Assembly (NCBI GenBank): GCA_963714275.1
Contig: CAVQNT010000002.1
Coordinates: 928,001-992,000, forward strand
Direction: 5' to 3'
DNA from: Candidatus Bathyarchaeota archaeon
Lineage (GTDB): Archaea; Thermoproteota; Bathyarchaeia; Bathyarchaeales; DTEX01
DNA length: 64,000 nt
In this document: positions 32,744 through 42,950 of the stretch, piece after piece
Layout: each line of letters opens with the position of its first letter
How positions within the stretch are numbered: position 1 is the first letter of the stretch
Made by a program: the position numbers and the translations under genes
Notes under the pieces: model-generated
The model's input: only the letters and a program-made list of their open reading frames with translations
Told to the model about the DNA's origin: nothing
Databases searched by the model: none

Positions 32744-33989
32744 CTAGGTAACATTTTTTGTGTGTCTTCCAGTCTTTTCTGTTTTAATCCATCTTCTTGG
32801 CAGTCTAAGGATCATCTGCAGAAAAGCTGTGGCTGTTAGGATGCTTTGCAGGTTCCAGTAAGCGTAAATAAATGGCAGCCAGATAACGTTTTTTATTTTC
32901 ACTGGCTTCGTAACGTATATTAAGGCTACGCCTAAGGTCAGAATAGTGGCAATTGCAGAAACCAATGTACCCTCTGCCATTACATTAAGTATTGGGTCGT
33001 GAATGGGGAACAAGGAGAGGTATAGCGACATTATGTAGCTTAGGAAGAAGAAGGATAGCACGTATGGTCCCATCATTGTAACTTCGGCGTCGAATGTTTT
33101 TCTCTCTAACCTTTTTAAGAATCGTCCGTACTTTACAGCTACTTCCATGTAGCCTCGGTACCATCTTAGCCGTTGCTTAATCAGTTGAGAAAGATTTGAG
33201 GTTGCTTCTTGCCATGAGATAAGTTCAGGAGCTAATTTTATGCCGTAACCTTTCTCCGTAATTCTTAGTGACATCTCCAAGTCCTCAGCCAAGCAGTTTT
33301 CGTTCCATAATCCAACCTCTTCAATGACTTCTCTACGGATAAATTGGCAACTTCCAGCTTAGGGATACAAAAAGGTTGAGGGCGTCCTTTCCCTGTAAAA
33401 AGGTTTTAAGCCAAACTACCTCCTCATAGGATACTATCTTGGTCAACATGTTCTCATCAGCATTTATTGTACAGGTGGTTCCCTGAACTGCTGCAATAGA
33501 CGGATCTGTAAAGTATTCGGCTGCGTTTAGTAAGGTGTCAGGTTCAGGAACATTGTCTGCGTCGAAAACGGCGACAATCTCTCCTTTTGCCTGTTTGAAT
33601 CCGAAGTTTATGGCTGAAGGTTTTCCTGTTGAAACGTCACGGTGAAAGTACTTTATGGTCTCGGGGCAGCGTGTAGCATAATCTTTACATATTTCTGGCG
33701 TTCTGTCGGATGAGCCGTCTTCAACTAATACTATTTCCTTTTTTTCAGGTGGGTAGTTAAGCCGTATGAGGGCGTTCAATAGCCTTTCAGCAACTTTTTC
33801 TTCGTCCTTAAGAGGTACAACAATACTCATTGCGGGAAGATTGACGCTTGGCATTGCCTTGTTTTTTCTGTTTTTTGAATTCGATTGATGGAAGTGCCTT
33901 ATTCCCATGGCTAGGATGGGGATGTTGTAGGCTGCCCAGACGTATATTAGAATCGTTAGAATGTAAGCAATCGCTAATATTAGGTTCAT
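32744..33989 (-). CDS. processive GT2 (cellulose synthase-like) glycosyltransferase, frameshift near 33350
   Basis: EDGSSD, GKPSAIN, FDAD, AEDLE, QRLRWYRG. Confidence 0.9.
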
Positions 33990-34223
33990 CCAGTCTTCCT
34001 TTATTCGTTTTTTTTGAATATTCTGCGAGAAGCGAAAGGTTCTTCTTCCCCTTTCATTCTCTCTCAGTGGGCAATTACCATTATTCTTCTAATATATATA
34101 TGAAATTAATGTTACCAATCCTTTTACGTCGTGGTGACAAGATTCGGGGTGTTGGAGCTTAGTTGGCTAGCTTCAGAAGATATGAAATGTTTTTTTGGAG
34201 TCGAGTTGGGTCTTTGTGAATAA

Positions 34224-34437
34224 AAATTGGTAACTTTTAAATGTTTTTTGTCACTTTTTGTTACTGGTGTTATATTTGGAGCAGTTTGTTGCGAGGGTTT
34301 TTCAATTCAATTTTTTATTGGATAGTTCGTGCGTATTGGTATAATCTTGTATTCTTAATATTTGGTGTTTCGTCACTGGCTTTGGGAATAATCGTTACGT
34401 TGTATGAAAGAAAAAAAGGCCTATTCCTTCGTTTGCG
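34224..34437 (+). pseudogene. chimera of fragments from 13721-13802 and 2899-3021
   Basis: direct sequence similarity to both donors. Confidence 0.8.
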
Positions 34438-34477
34438 TCGACTAATAGTGAGTTATGAATTATGTATGCTAGAAGTG

Positions 34478-36514
34478 CTACCCTTGTTTTACATTGAATG
34501 AGACGTGAGCATTCCCCGTATACTCATAGTATTCGAGGCGGAGCGTATGGTCAGCGGTGTTTGAAAAGCTCGTTTTAAAGGAATAAGTGGTGTACGCTTG
34601 ATTCTTCCAGCCGTTAATTACCAGCTTGTTATCGATGTATAAGCGGACGCCATCATCTCCGCCAATCGTGAACGTCCATGAACCTGCTGCAAGGTTCACT
34701 TTTCTTGTTGACACGAACCCGATTTTGTCTGACCGGCTGTAAGCTATCGTCTTGGAGCCCCAGTTGTTATCAAAGTTCAAGTTGTTTTCATTTGGGCCTG
34801 AACCGAGTAGCTGCCCCCATGGACTATATCGGTTTCCCGAGTACACATACCATGTACGCGCCCATGACTGTACGCTGTTCCAGTTAAATGTAATAGTCTT
34901 GGGACCGTTCATAACTATTGAGCCGCTTGTTCCAGAGCTTGATGCGTCTCCCGAATAGCCGGTGCAAGTATACTGTGTTCCTGTGCTATCGCTGGCAGGT
35001 GAGGTTACTGAGAATGATGCAGTAGAGTCTGAATTGTACCAGCCTGCTCCGACTGGGGAATCGTAGGCTGAGTTGACTGTTAAGTAATATTGGGTTTGAT
35101 AGTTCGCTGTAACTGTTTGAGGTGACGAGGGAACTGTGTAAATTATGTTACTTCGAGTTCCACCATCACTCCAATCAACCCAAACATATTTTGTTCCACT
35201 TTCACTGCTGACCAGCGATATAGCTTCCAAAGTATGCTCAGAACCTGTATTCCATGAGTAGGTTTGTGGAGTTGTTACTGCGTTGCCATCAACCTTGACA
35301 AAGCCTAAGCCTGTTGGGTTTGATGTTATCGTAATTGTTACAGGTTGCGATTCTTCAGTATGTAATGGATGCTCGCTGAGCCAGTCAAAAATCTCCATTT
35401 CTCTGCTGCTGATCAGAATTGAAGCGTCATGAGCAACACCTGGTACTTCAATATACTTCACTGTGTATCCGAGTGCACTCAGGCTCTGGTATAAATTACG
35501 TGATTGACTTACACTTACTACGTTATCAGCGGTTCCATGCAGTATCAATACCGGTGTTTGGCTAAAACGTTGTTCATTTCCTAGGGCGCTTTCGTCTGCG
35601 TATATGTCAGGAACGTCGCCTGGAGTTCCTCTATATGCCGCCATCAGCGAGTCTTTGTAGGTTGATGTTTCGAAGTAGAATTGGGTGAAATCGGTAATTC
35701 CGTGTATGTCCACCAGGCTTGCTATTACATGGTTGCTAAACATGGCGTATTTGAGTGCTCCGCCTCCGCCCATGCTGTTTCCCATGATGTGTATGTGGTT
35801 GGTGTCGATGTTGTAGTCGCTTCTTATTGTGTTCATAACATCGGTTATGTCACGTCTTGATGGTTCAGTGTACCAGTTCTGGTAACCGCTGACTGTACGG
35901 CAGTCTACTGATGCAACTATCCAAATGTTGCTTTGGAATGTTTGCCTCAAAGACGAGTACTTTTGTGGGTAGCTGAGTCTGCTGCCTCCGTAGCCGTGTA
36001 AGAATATTACGAGGGGAGTGGGTGCTGAATTGTCAAAATTGTCAGGTAAATCCAGCCAGTAGTATCTTGTGCTGCCATCGTAGCTGGCTGTGAACGTCAT
36101 GTCTCCTCGGAAGAGGTTTATTGTTATTGTTCGTTTCTGACTACTGATTGTGGTTGTTCCATCAAAGCAGGTTATCCACCACCGATACTGTCCATTTAGT
36201 ATGGGAGAGGAAGGTGTAATTGTGGTAGATACACTACTTACCACATTATTGTTAGTTCCATAAGACTTTGGAGTCCTGGATGAGGTTTTTTGAAGCCAAA
36301 GGGTACAGCTTACCGTTGAAACACTAGAATCTAATGTAAAACTGAAATCAGGCTCATTATCCATCGTTACGGTGTAATCTAGCGGGGAATCAAGGGTGAT
36401 TGACATTGCCGCCGCCGTGTTCGACGGCACCAACATTGGTATTAGAAAAAGAATTAATACGAATGAGACTGCAATCTTCTTGGTCTTGGGATCAACGATA
36501 AAATTTTTTATCAT
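34478..36514 (-). CDS. secreted alpha/beta hydrolase with repeat domains and C-terminal PA14-like domain
   Basis: FLHGYGG, GNSMGG, HGTADNVV, H; GGDDGVRLYID...LEYYEYTGNA. Confidence 0.85.
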   Translation of the reverse strand: MIKNFIVDPKTKKIAVSFVLILFLIPMLVPSNTAAAMSITLDSPLDYTVTMDNEPDFSFTLDSSVSTVSCTLWLQKTSSRTPKSYGTNNNVVSSVSTTITPSSPILNGQYRWWITCFDGTTTISSQKRTITINLFRGDMTFTASYDGSTRYYWLDLPDNFDNSAPTPLVIFLHGYGGSRLSYPQKYSSLRQTFQSNIWIVASVDCRTVSGYQNWYTEPSRRDITDVMNTIRSDYNIDTNHIHIMGNSMGGGGALKYAMFSNHVIASLVDIHGITDFTQFYFETSTYKDSLMAAYRGTPGDVPDIYADESALGNEQRFSQTPVLILHGTADNVVSVSQSRNLYQSLSALGYTVKYIEVPGVAHDASILISSREMEIFDWLSEHPLHTEESQPVTITITSNPTGLGFVKVDGNAVTTPQTYSWNTGSEHTLEAISLVSSESGTKYVWVDWSDGGTRSNIIYTVPSSPQTVTANYQTQYYLTVNSAYDSPVGAGWYNSDSTASFSVTSPASDSTGTQYTCTGYSGDASSSGTSGSIVMNGPKTITFNWNSVQSWARTWYVYSGNRYSPWGQLLGSGPNENNLNFDNNWGSKTIAYSRSDKIGFVSTRKVNLAAGSWTFTIGGDDGVRLYIDNKLVINGWKNQAYTTYSFKTSFSNTADHTLRLEYYEYTGNAHVSFNVKQG

Positions 36515-36609
36515 TTACCTTACCACTAATATAAAGAAAGGGGGTATTTTTCCTATTATTACTTGTGAAAAAAGTAATTGAGTGTTCTAGAAATTAATGC
36601 GTGTTTGAA

Positions 36610-36706
36610 TGTGTTGTTGTGTGATATACGGGATATACGTGATACGGAGTAAGGTAGAGAGAGATAGAATAAGAATAAAAGTGTGTGTGGTGACTAAATT
36701 TTAATC
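36610..36706. repeat. leader-like end plus site GACTAAATTTTAATC (36692-36706)
   Basis: site identical to the Cas1 element TSD; followed by TTTTTCTTCTT. Confidence 0.85.
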
Positions 36707-37200
36707 TTTTTCTTCTTATTTGTTCTCATGCGTTCGTGTATGTTTGTGCTTAGTGTATAGGTGAAGGTGTAAGTGTGTTTCACTAGCTCTATTTGCGAAG
36801 TTCGTAGCTTGTGATCTTGACAAATCTAATTCATTCGTTTTTGTTTCCTTCCCAACTACATAACCTAAACCCAAAAAGCCTAGAATCGTTCGCATTATAG
36901 TGTAAAAGTAAGCGTTCCACCAGCCCATCTTGAAAAACGGGGAAAACTCCCAGTAACTTACGCTATAGTACCAACTGTTAAATCTGGGAGCTACAATCAT
37001 CCAGTCTAAGTCAACAAGTCCAGAAGTTAACAAAACGACGGAGCCGAGAAGCAATAACACGGTTTTATCATTCAATGTTTTTCCCTCAACGTTTCTTCTA
37101 GACTTAGACTATGATTTTCATTCAGACTTCAATTCTCCAAAAAAAATTAAGGAAGCCAATAATAAATGTATGAGAATGAAAATTATGAATTTTACCTTCC
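36692..37200. repeat. segment duplicated at 49081-49590
   Basis: near-identical; both copies start at the palindromic site. Confidence 0.9.
36716..37075 (-). CDS. small membrane protein (copy 1)
   Basis: nearly identical to 49179..49481. Confidence 0.6.
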   Translation of the reverse strand: MNDKTVLLLLGSVVLLTSGLVDLDWMIVAPRFNSWYYSVSYWEFSPFFKMGWWNAYFYTIMRTILGFLGLGYVVGKETKTNELDLSRSQATNFANRASETHLHLHLYTKHKHTRTHENK

Positions 37201-37544
37201 TCTAATAACCAAACCAAAATCAAAACCTTTTCCTATTTTATATTTATTTTACACAAATAGCTAGCTAAGTGTTTGGAATCATGGAAAAGGGGGAATCAGT
37301 TTCAAGGCATATTATGCCCCCTTAACCAGACGGGATTCACGATGTTTCCACTCAAAATCGCATGATAAAAAGTCTTATAAAAATTAGAGAACCATTAATA
37401 GCCATAAAACCGTTAGCTGCAGGTAATAGCGCGCGCTAGCTAGAATGCAAGTCACGGAATCTACAGGAAAATGTGCATATAGCTCAAGTCCAGTTTTTAT
37501 CTATTCAAAGACTTCTTTCTTAACCATGAATTTGTTCACTAAAC

Positions 37545-38399
37545 AAAGGAAAACTTCACTGTATCATTTTGCCCACTACACCTTTGGAGATTATGTGACC
37601 ATGAGCTCTCCAGAGCTTGAACAAACTGCTCATTATCCCATCTATCGAAATCGTAGAGGCACAACCCGACAATATCCATGTTGAATTGCCTACCCAGAAG
37701 CTCTTCGTATCTTAGTAGCTCAGTAGTCTTTGCATAGTCAACGAAAACCTCAGGTTCTCCAGCAACACGTAGTCCCGTAAATCCAGCTTCTTCTTCTCTT
37801 CAACAAGTGCCGTCCAATTGGATATAATTGTTTCAGATTTAACCTTTCCCCTTTTCAATGAACCATTCATAAGCTGACTTCAATGTAAAAGCTTCTTTTT
37901 CTAAGTTGTCAAGGTCAATGCCATATCTCTTGGCTTCTCGAACCTTCGAATCCAACTTGTTTTCCGATACTAGGTATACAACCGCTTCATTTTTGAGTAG
38001 TCCCGCTTTTAGGTATGGAAATGTTATCCTGTTTTTGAAGTCTTCATCAGTATATAATGCTAAGGCATGGTCTCCTAACCTAAGATTTTGGGCATATCTC
38101 GCGCATTCTGAGCAAAACAAAATAATTGAACGAAAATCCTTAATCACTCCAGTCAATAACCTTCCTTTGTAAGTTAAACGGTATTTCTTACTTGAAGGCT
38201 CAAGTTCAACGAACTCCTTCAGAATTCTTAAATGATAACCAAAATCGCCATGATTACTCTTACCAATCATGTTAAGGAGTTCTATAAATGACAAATTTCT
38301 ATCCAGCAAACATTCTACAATCTCTCTCCTAGCGGGATGCGAGATGACTTTAAAGAATCCATTATTAAACTCGTTCTGAAGATTCATAACTTCAAGCAT
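37545..38399 (-). CDS. ArsR-type wHTH plus MEDS sensory-domain protein (frameshifted)
   Basis: HPARREI...GYHLR.L; GDHALALY...YLKAGL..NE.VVY; downstream TGLRVAGE and LCLYD. Confidence 0.8.
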
Positions 38400-38780
38400 G
38401 AAAGAATATTATCAATTATTTATCTGTTTGGTGAAATAAATTTCACTTGTTGTAACTGATTAGCTACGGCATTTTTACTTAGCTTTGGCTATATCTAAGG
38501 CTGGTGTAACCACAAGTGATGATGGCAGCGACAGCTTCTTCAAGTAGTGAGCTATTTCACCTATTGGAACAGATTTCCAGATAACAGGACCTTAATTGAA
38601 CAGCCTAATCCAATAAAAATTAAAGTTAAGATTCCAGTTCCTAGCTTTTGGCTTATAATACCCTTAACAATTGCAGTCTTTTTAAAAAACTATCATAGTC
38701 TGATCATTCTACGTGTGATGTGGAGAAAAGTGTAGATATGGAAGAAAGAAGGTGGGAGTGCGTAGAAATGTGTGTATGGA

Positions 38781-38795
38781 GATTAAATTTTAATC
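38781..38795. repeat. palindromic site GATTAAATTTTAATC
   Basis: preceded by GTGTGTATGGA. Confidence 0.75.
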
Positions 38796-38867
38796 CTTGT
38801 TATTAGCCAAGTATTTGAGAGACGGAAAAGAACCGTGGATGCCAAGGATTGCAGTTACATCAGGTAT

Positions 38868-39107
38868 CTAATGTTTTGATCTTACATTTGGAAGTTTTCC
38901 CAGTTCATCTAAGCCTATCAGGAAGGTAGAGATTGAAGATAAGGCAGTAGACACTAGGAAGATTGTTAATAATTGGTTGTTTTGGGTTAAGGGGAAAGTG
39001 GGTGTTACCAAATTGGTTATGGGAAGGTAAATTGCCAGAAGCGAAACTATCCATATATTTAGAATAATAAAAAGAAAAATGTATAGTAGCTTCTTTTTCG
39101 GGTTCAA
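38868..39107 (-). CDS. small membrane protein
   Basis: two TM helices; follows 39119..39646. Confidence 0.55.
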   Translation of the reverse strand: MNPKKKLLYIFLFIILNIWIVSLLAIYLPITNLVTPTFPLTQNNQLLTIFLVSTALSSISTFLIGLDELGKLPNVRSKH

Positions 39108-39118
39108 GTTCTGTTTGC

Positions 39119-39646
39119 CTAAGTGCTTTCAGCTGTCACTGTGATAGTTACAATAGTTGACTGATTTGAGGTAACTGATTTAGCTGTGGTGGTTACTTCG
39201 AAGTCGAAGGTCCAAGTTCCTAGCACGTCTAGAGTGATTGCGCCAGAGTTTGGCGAAGCTAATGATAACGTGCATACTATTTCATTTATGCTATGGGCTC
39301 CTCCGGAGGGTTTTGTGATAATTTTTACGGCAACGTTGAATGTTGAGTAATAGGTGCTTTGGCTTGCTAGGTTACTGCTCAAGTGCATGTAAACGTTGGT
39401 TTTTGTTGTTGTAAGCGTAATGGCTGCTCCAAGATTCGTAACATTTGATTTCGTATAAAATAGAGTCTGTCCCTCTTCCAGATTATCTAAAGTAGAATTT
39501 TTCAAAGTTATAGTTGCAATCTCTTTAATGGTCTGCGTTACTTGTTGCTGTGCTTGTTCATAGACATATGCTGAAACCGAAACTGCAGCAATGCTCAGTA
39601 TTAGAAAAAGAACACTGAGTAAATTCTTTCTTTCCAATATAGACAC
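39119..39646 (-). CDS. secreted/surface protein (VSAYVYEQAQ family)
   Basis: paralog of 1780..2301. Confidence 0.75.
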   Translation of the reverse strand: MSILERKNLLSVLFLILSIAAVSVSAYVYEQAQQQVTQTIKEIATITLKNSTLDNLEEGQTLFYTKSNVTNLGAAITLTTTKTNVYMHLSSNLASQSTYYSTFNVAVKIITKPSGGAHSINEIVCTLSLASPNSGAITLDVLGTWTFDFEVTTTAKSVTSNQSTIVTITVTAEST

Positions 39647-39760
39647 TCCTGTATTTTTTTTAATTTAACTTGAATTCAGTAATTTAAAAAACGTTATGAA
39701 CATACTGTATGAACCCTTAATTCATTATTTTGAAATACTGATTATACAACTGTTTTTTTA

Positions 39761-40831
39761 ATGACTAAAAAATCGGTTCAGTTGGTTTTCCTATTAATCA
39801 TAATAAATTTTATGATACCTAGCTTTGCATATGCTTTCATTTATGAGCAGCAATCACTTAACTTCACTCAAACAATAATGAAAAAGTGGTTTAATAATAA
39901 TTGGAATTATCGAAAAAGTCATATTATTAGTGGGATTGGAACAAACGCAGGAACTAACTACCAGATTAGGATTGTTGTAGTAAATGGTACTGGAACTGAC
40001 AACGGAGAGACGGTATATATTAATAATAAGGTTAGAAGCGATTTCGGTGATATCCGATTCACTACTGTAAACGGAATTCTATTGGATTATTGGCGGGAAT
40101 CTTTGAATGTTGATAAGAATGCAACTTTTTGGGTAGAGATAGCAGGCAACTTAACTGGACAAATACAAACAATCTATCTTTATTATGGCAATCCCATAGT
40201 AACTACAACAAGCAGTGGAGATAATACCTTCATATTCTTTGACGATTTTAGCGGAGACTTGAGCAAATGGAATATTCACATAGATACGGATGTAGTCATT
40301 ACATCTAGTTATGGTAATCCGGCTCCAAGTTTGGAAATAGGTGGGGGTTTTACAGATTGGCCTTATGGATTTGCCGTTATTGGTTCAGACGCAATTTATA
40401 CTGGGTTCCAAAATGGCATAATAGAGGCTGATGTTTACCCGGCAACAGACGCACTTCCCGAAATTATATTCAGAGGAAATTATTCAGCAAATACTGGCTA
40501 TAAAGGAAGATGGGATTGCCGTTCTGACGAGGAATCACCATGGATGACACCTCCATATAGCGATTGGGAAGCTTTCGGCGACGATGTAACGAGATTTGGC
40601 ATTGCAAATCAGTGGCAAAAAGTAAAACTAGCCATAAATGATTCCACATTCGAGATATACAGCAATAACAACCTTAAGTCCACTGTAACAGAAACACAGT
40701 ATTCAGGACCAGGTGAAATTGGATTAGCAAATCATTATGGGGCATACGCCAGGTTTGATAATGTCAGAGTAAGAAAATATGTAGAGCCTGAACCTTCACA
40801 TGGCATTTGGGGCAACGAACAAACCCGTTAA
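39761..40831 (+). CDS. DUF2341-domain secreted protein
   Basis: WNYRK, DFGDIRFT, LDYWRE, FWVEI, IYLYYGNP, FIFFDDF, VRKYV.PEP. Confidence 0.85.
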   Translation: MTKKSVQLVFLLIIINFMIPSFAYAFIYEQQSLNFTQTIMKKWFNNNWNYRKSHIISGIGTNAGTNYQIRIVVVNGTGTDNGETVYINNKVRSDFGDIRFTTVNGILLDYWRESLNVDKNATFWVEIAGNLTGQIQTIYLYYGNPIVTTTSSGDNTFIFFDDFSGDLSKWNIHIDTDVVITSSYGNPAPSLEIGGGFTDWPYGFAVIGSDAIYTGFQNGIIEADVYPATDALPEIIFRGNYSANTGYKGRWDCRSDEESPWMTPPYSDWEAFGDDVTRFGIANQWQKVKLAINDSTFEIYSNNNLKSTVTETQYSGPGEIGLANHYGAYARFDNVRVRKYVEPEPSHGIWGNEQTR

Positions 40832-40847
40832 TGTATTGTAAATAGAG

Positions 40848-41039
40848 TCAGCGAGCTCTCATGCAACGATGTAAATGTTGTGTCTTGATTTCTCGTTCAC
40901 ATCTTTCCATTTCACGATATTTTCCGCAGTAGCCTACCTCGCCAAGGTTACGGCATGTGAACGTACTCGGCTGATAATATTTGCATTTATATGAGTATTT
41001 ACATGCGAAGAAATTCTTTAGAATCGTGGTAATCTGCAC
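40848..41039 (-). CDS. small Cys-rich protein; the region 40860-41250 is duplicated at 52471-52865
   Basis: C..C..C..C pattern; conserved in both copies. Confidence 0.55.
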   Translation of the reverse strand: MQITTILKNFFACKYSYKCKYYQPSTFTCRNLGEVGYCGKYREMERCEREIKTQHLHRCMRAR

Positions 41040-41641
41040 ATAGGGTCACTCGAGTATTATAATGCCTAGTATCTTTCTGCAGAGAGAACTAATGATTTGT
41101 GAAACGCACATTCAGAGTTCAGTTTAGAAGGACTGACTCATAGGAAAAGAAAAAGTGAAAAAACAAGAATGAAAGAACGAGAAAACGGATAAAAGGTTTG
41201 GGTTAAGGGATTGAAATTTATTAGATGACTGCTAGAAGATATCTGGAAGACTTAATATTATATAGTCTTTTATCAACCGATTTTACGGACAATTATCTTT
41301 GCCCACTAATGTTAGTTAACCGAACGAACCTTCCCGTCTTCAAATCTCTTCTCTCTCCAATGTAATATAATGACCAACCAATGAACCATAAGAAACCAGA
41401 TTGCTGGAAGAGCTGCAAAAACAAACAGTCTACTTTTGCCATGCCTACCTTCAATTGACATAATAGCAAAACATAATCTCACTAGAAAAAGCGTTAAGCA
41501 GAACACCTGATCCCAAGGAGTACAATATCGGCATAATATGATCATGATGCCCAGCATAATGAGAAAATAAAAATACCCCTAAAAGATTCACCTAGCATTG
41601 TGATGATACATCGTCAAAGTTTGTCAAAGAGTGTGAAATAG

Positions 41642-41854
41642 ATGGAACAAAAATCAAAAATGCTTGGAGCGATCGTTATTATTGGGTTTGTCGGATTTCT
41701 ATTAGGCATAGCGGTTAACTTCGTCTACTTTAAAGCATTGCCAATCCTTCTTGAGGTCTTTCCTCAAATCTTGGAGATGGATTGGATAATGTGGGGACTT
41801 GTCGGAGCTTTTCTAGCAATAATATGTTGCCTAATCTACGCATATCTACCATAA
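41642..41854 (+). CDS. small membrane protein
   Basis: two TM helices. Confidence 0.65.
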   Translation: MEQKSKMLGAIVIIGFVGFLLGIAVNFVYFKALPILLEVFPQILEMDWIMWGLVGAFLAIICCLIYAYLP

Positions 41855-41893
41855 AGGATGAGGTAGTGTTCTCCCGAACCTAAAGCCTTTGAG

Positions 41894-42586
41894 GTGAGAT
41901 GTTTGATAAATGAATCTACTCTTCAATATATTTCGTCAAGGTGGACGGATTCTGAAGGACAGATGATTTCAACATGTTCAGTTTATGATCCAGTTCAAAT
42001 TGAAATACAAGTTGAGAATCCAATGCGAAAAAAAACAATTTCAAGCCTAGTAGAGGTGGAGATCTACAGAGATACTGTCACCTTACTTGCCGAGAAGGTA
42101 ATGAAAGAATTCTTCGCGTTGGCACTTTCTCCGCTTTCAACTGAAAAAACGCTTGTCAATTTCACACCTTCGCAGGAATCAAGATATCACTACAAGATTC
42201 GAATCGAAAAAAAGGAAATCTACTGCCAACCGAAAAGTAATCCTCCAAGGCTATATGCTTCTAAGAAAGAAAGTACTCTCACTTTAGACGAACCCTTAAG
42301 TATCGTTCAGGCAAATTCAACTATACATTTCACTGGAAAAATGGTCAGCACTAATGAAGGAGAAAGCATAGATGGAGCCAGAATCCATATTTTTGACGTA
42401 AGACGTACGAGGAGGGATAACCTTATGGCTTCTGGGACTACTAGAAGCGATGGGACTTTCAACATAGAATGTATAGTCAAAAGAATGGGTTGGTGGCGCA
42501 ACACCATTGATATCTATTCAAAGTTTGATGGAGACGACGTATATAAGCCATCGGTAGGCAATCGATACACTATTAGGTTGACATAA
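41894..42586 (+). CDS. Ig-like domain protein
   Basis: FTGKM...IDGA.I...TRSDGTF...FDGDD.YKPS. Confidence 0.65.
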   Translation: MRCLINESTLQYISSRWTDSEGQMISTCSVYDPVQIEIQVENPMRKKTISSLVEVEIYRDTVTLLAEKVMKEFFALALSPLSTEKTLVNFTPSQESRYHYKIRIEKKEIYCQPKSNPPRLYASKKESTLTLDEPLSIVQANSTIHFTGKMVSTNEGESIDGARIHIFDVRRTRRDNLMASGTTRSDGTFNIECIVKRMGWWRNTIDIYSKFDGDDVYKPSVGNRYTIRLT

Positions 42587-42737
42587 AACTCGAATAGTCA
42601 GCTAAGTAACGGCAATGTACTTTTAACATCTAGCTGGTTAACGATGAGTCCAGAAAAAGAATTTAGGTATAGCTCTTGGATTTGGTGGTTTGCCTGTTAC
42701 TACCACAGAAACAAGCTTAGACATACATGTTTTCGTC

Positions 42738-42844
42738 TAGAGTTTTTTGTGCGATATATGTCTGTCTGTCCGTCTCTCCGTCTGACTGATCGTCACGGAA
42801 GGTAGAGAGAGCGTGTGTTTGGGTTTGGGGATATAAATTTAATT
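42738..42844 (-). repeat. leader-like end plus degenerate site GATATAAATTTAATT (42830-42844)
   Basis: CTAGAGTTTTTTGTGCGATATA...GTGTGTTTGGGTTTGGG then the site. Confidence 0.7.
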
Positions 42845-42950
42845 ACTTAGATGCTGTTAATACGAGATGAATATTCAGAATACTTTTTTTACCATTGGAA
42901 TCTGAAAAAGTAGAATTCTTAACGGTTCAATTAGCTGTTTTCAATTTACT

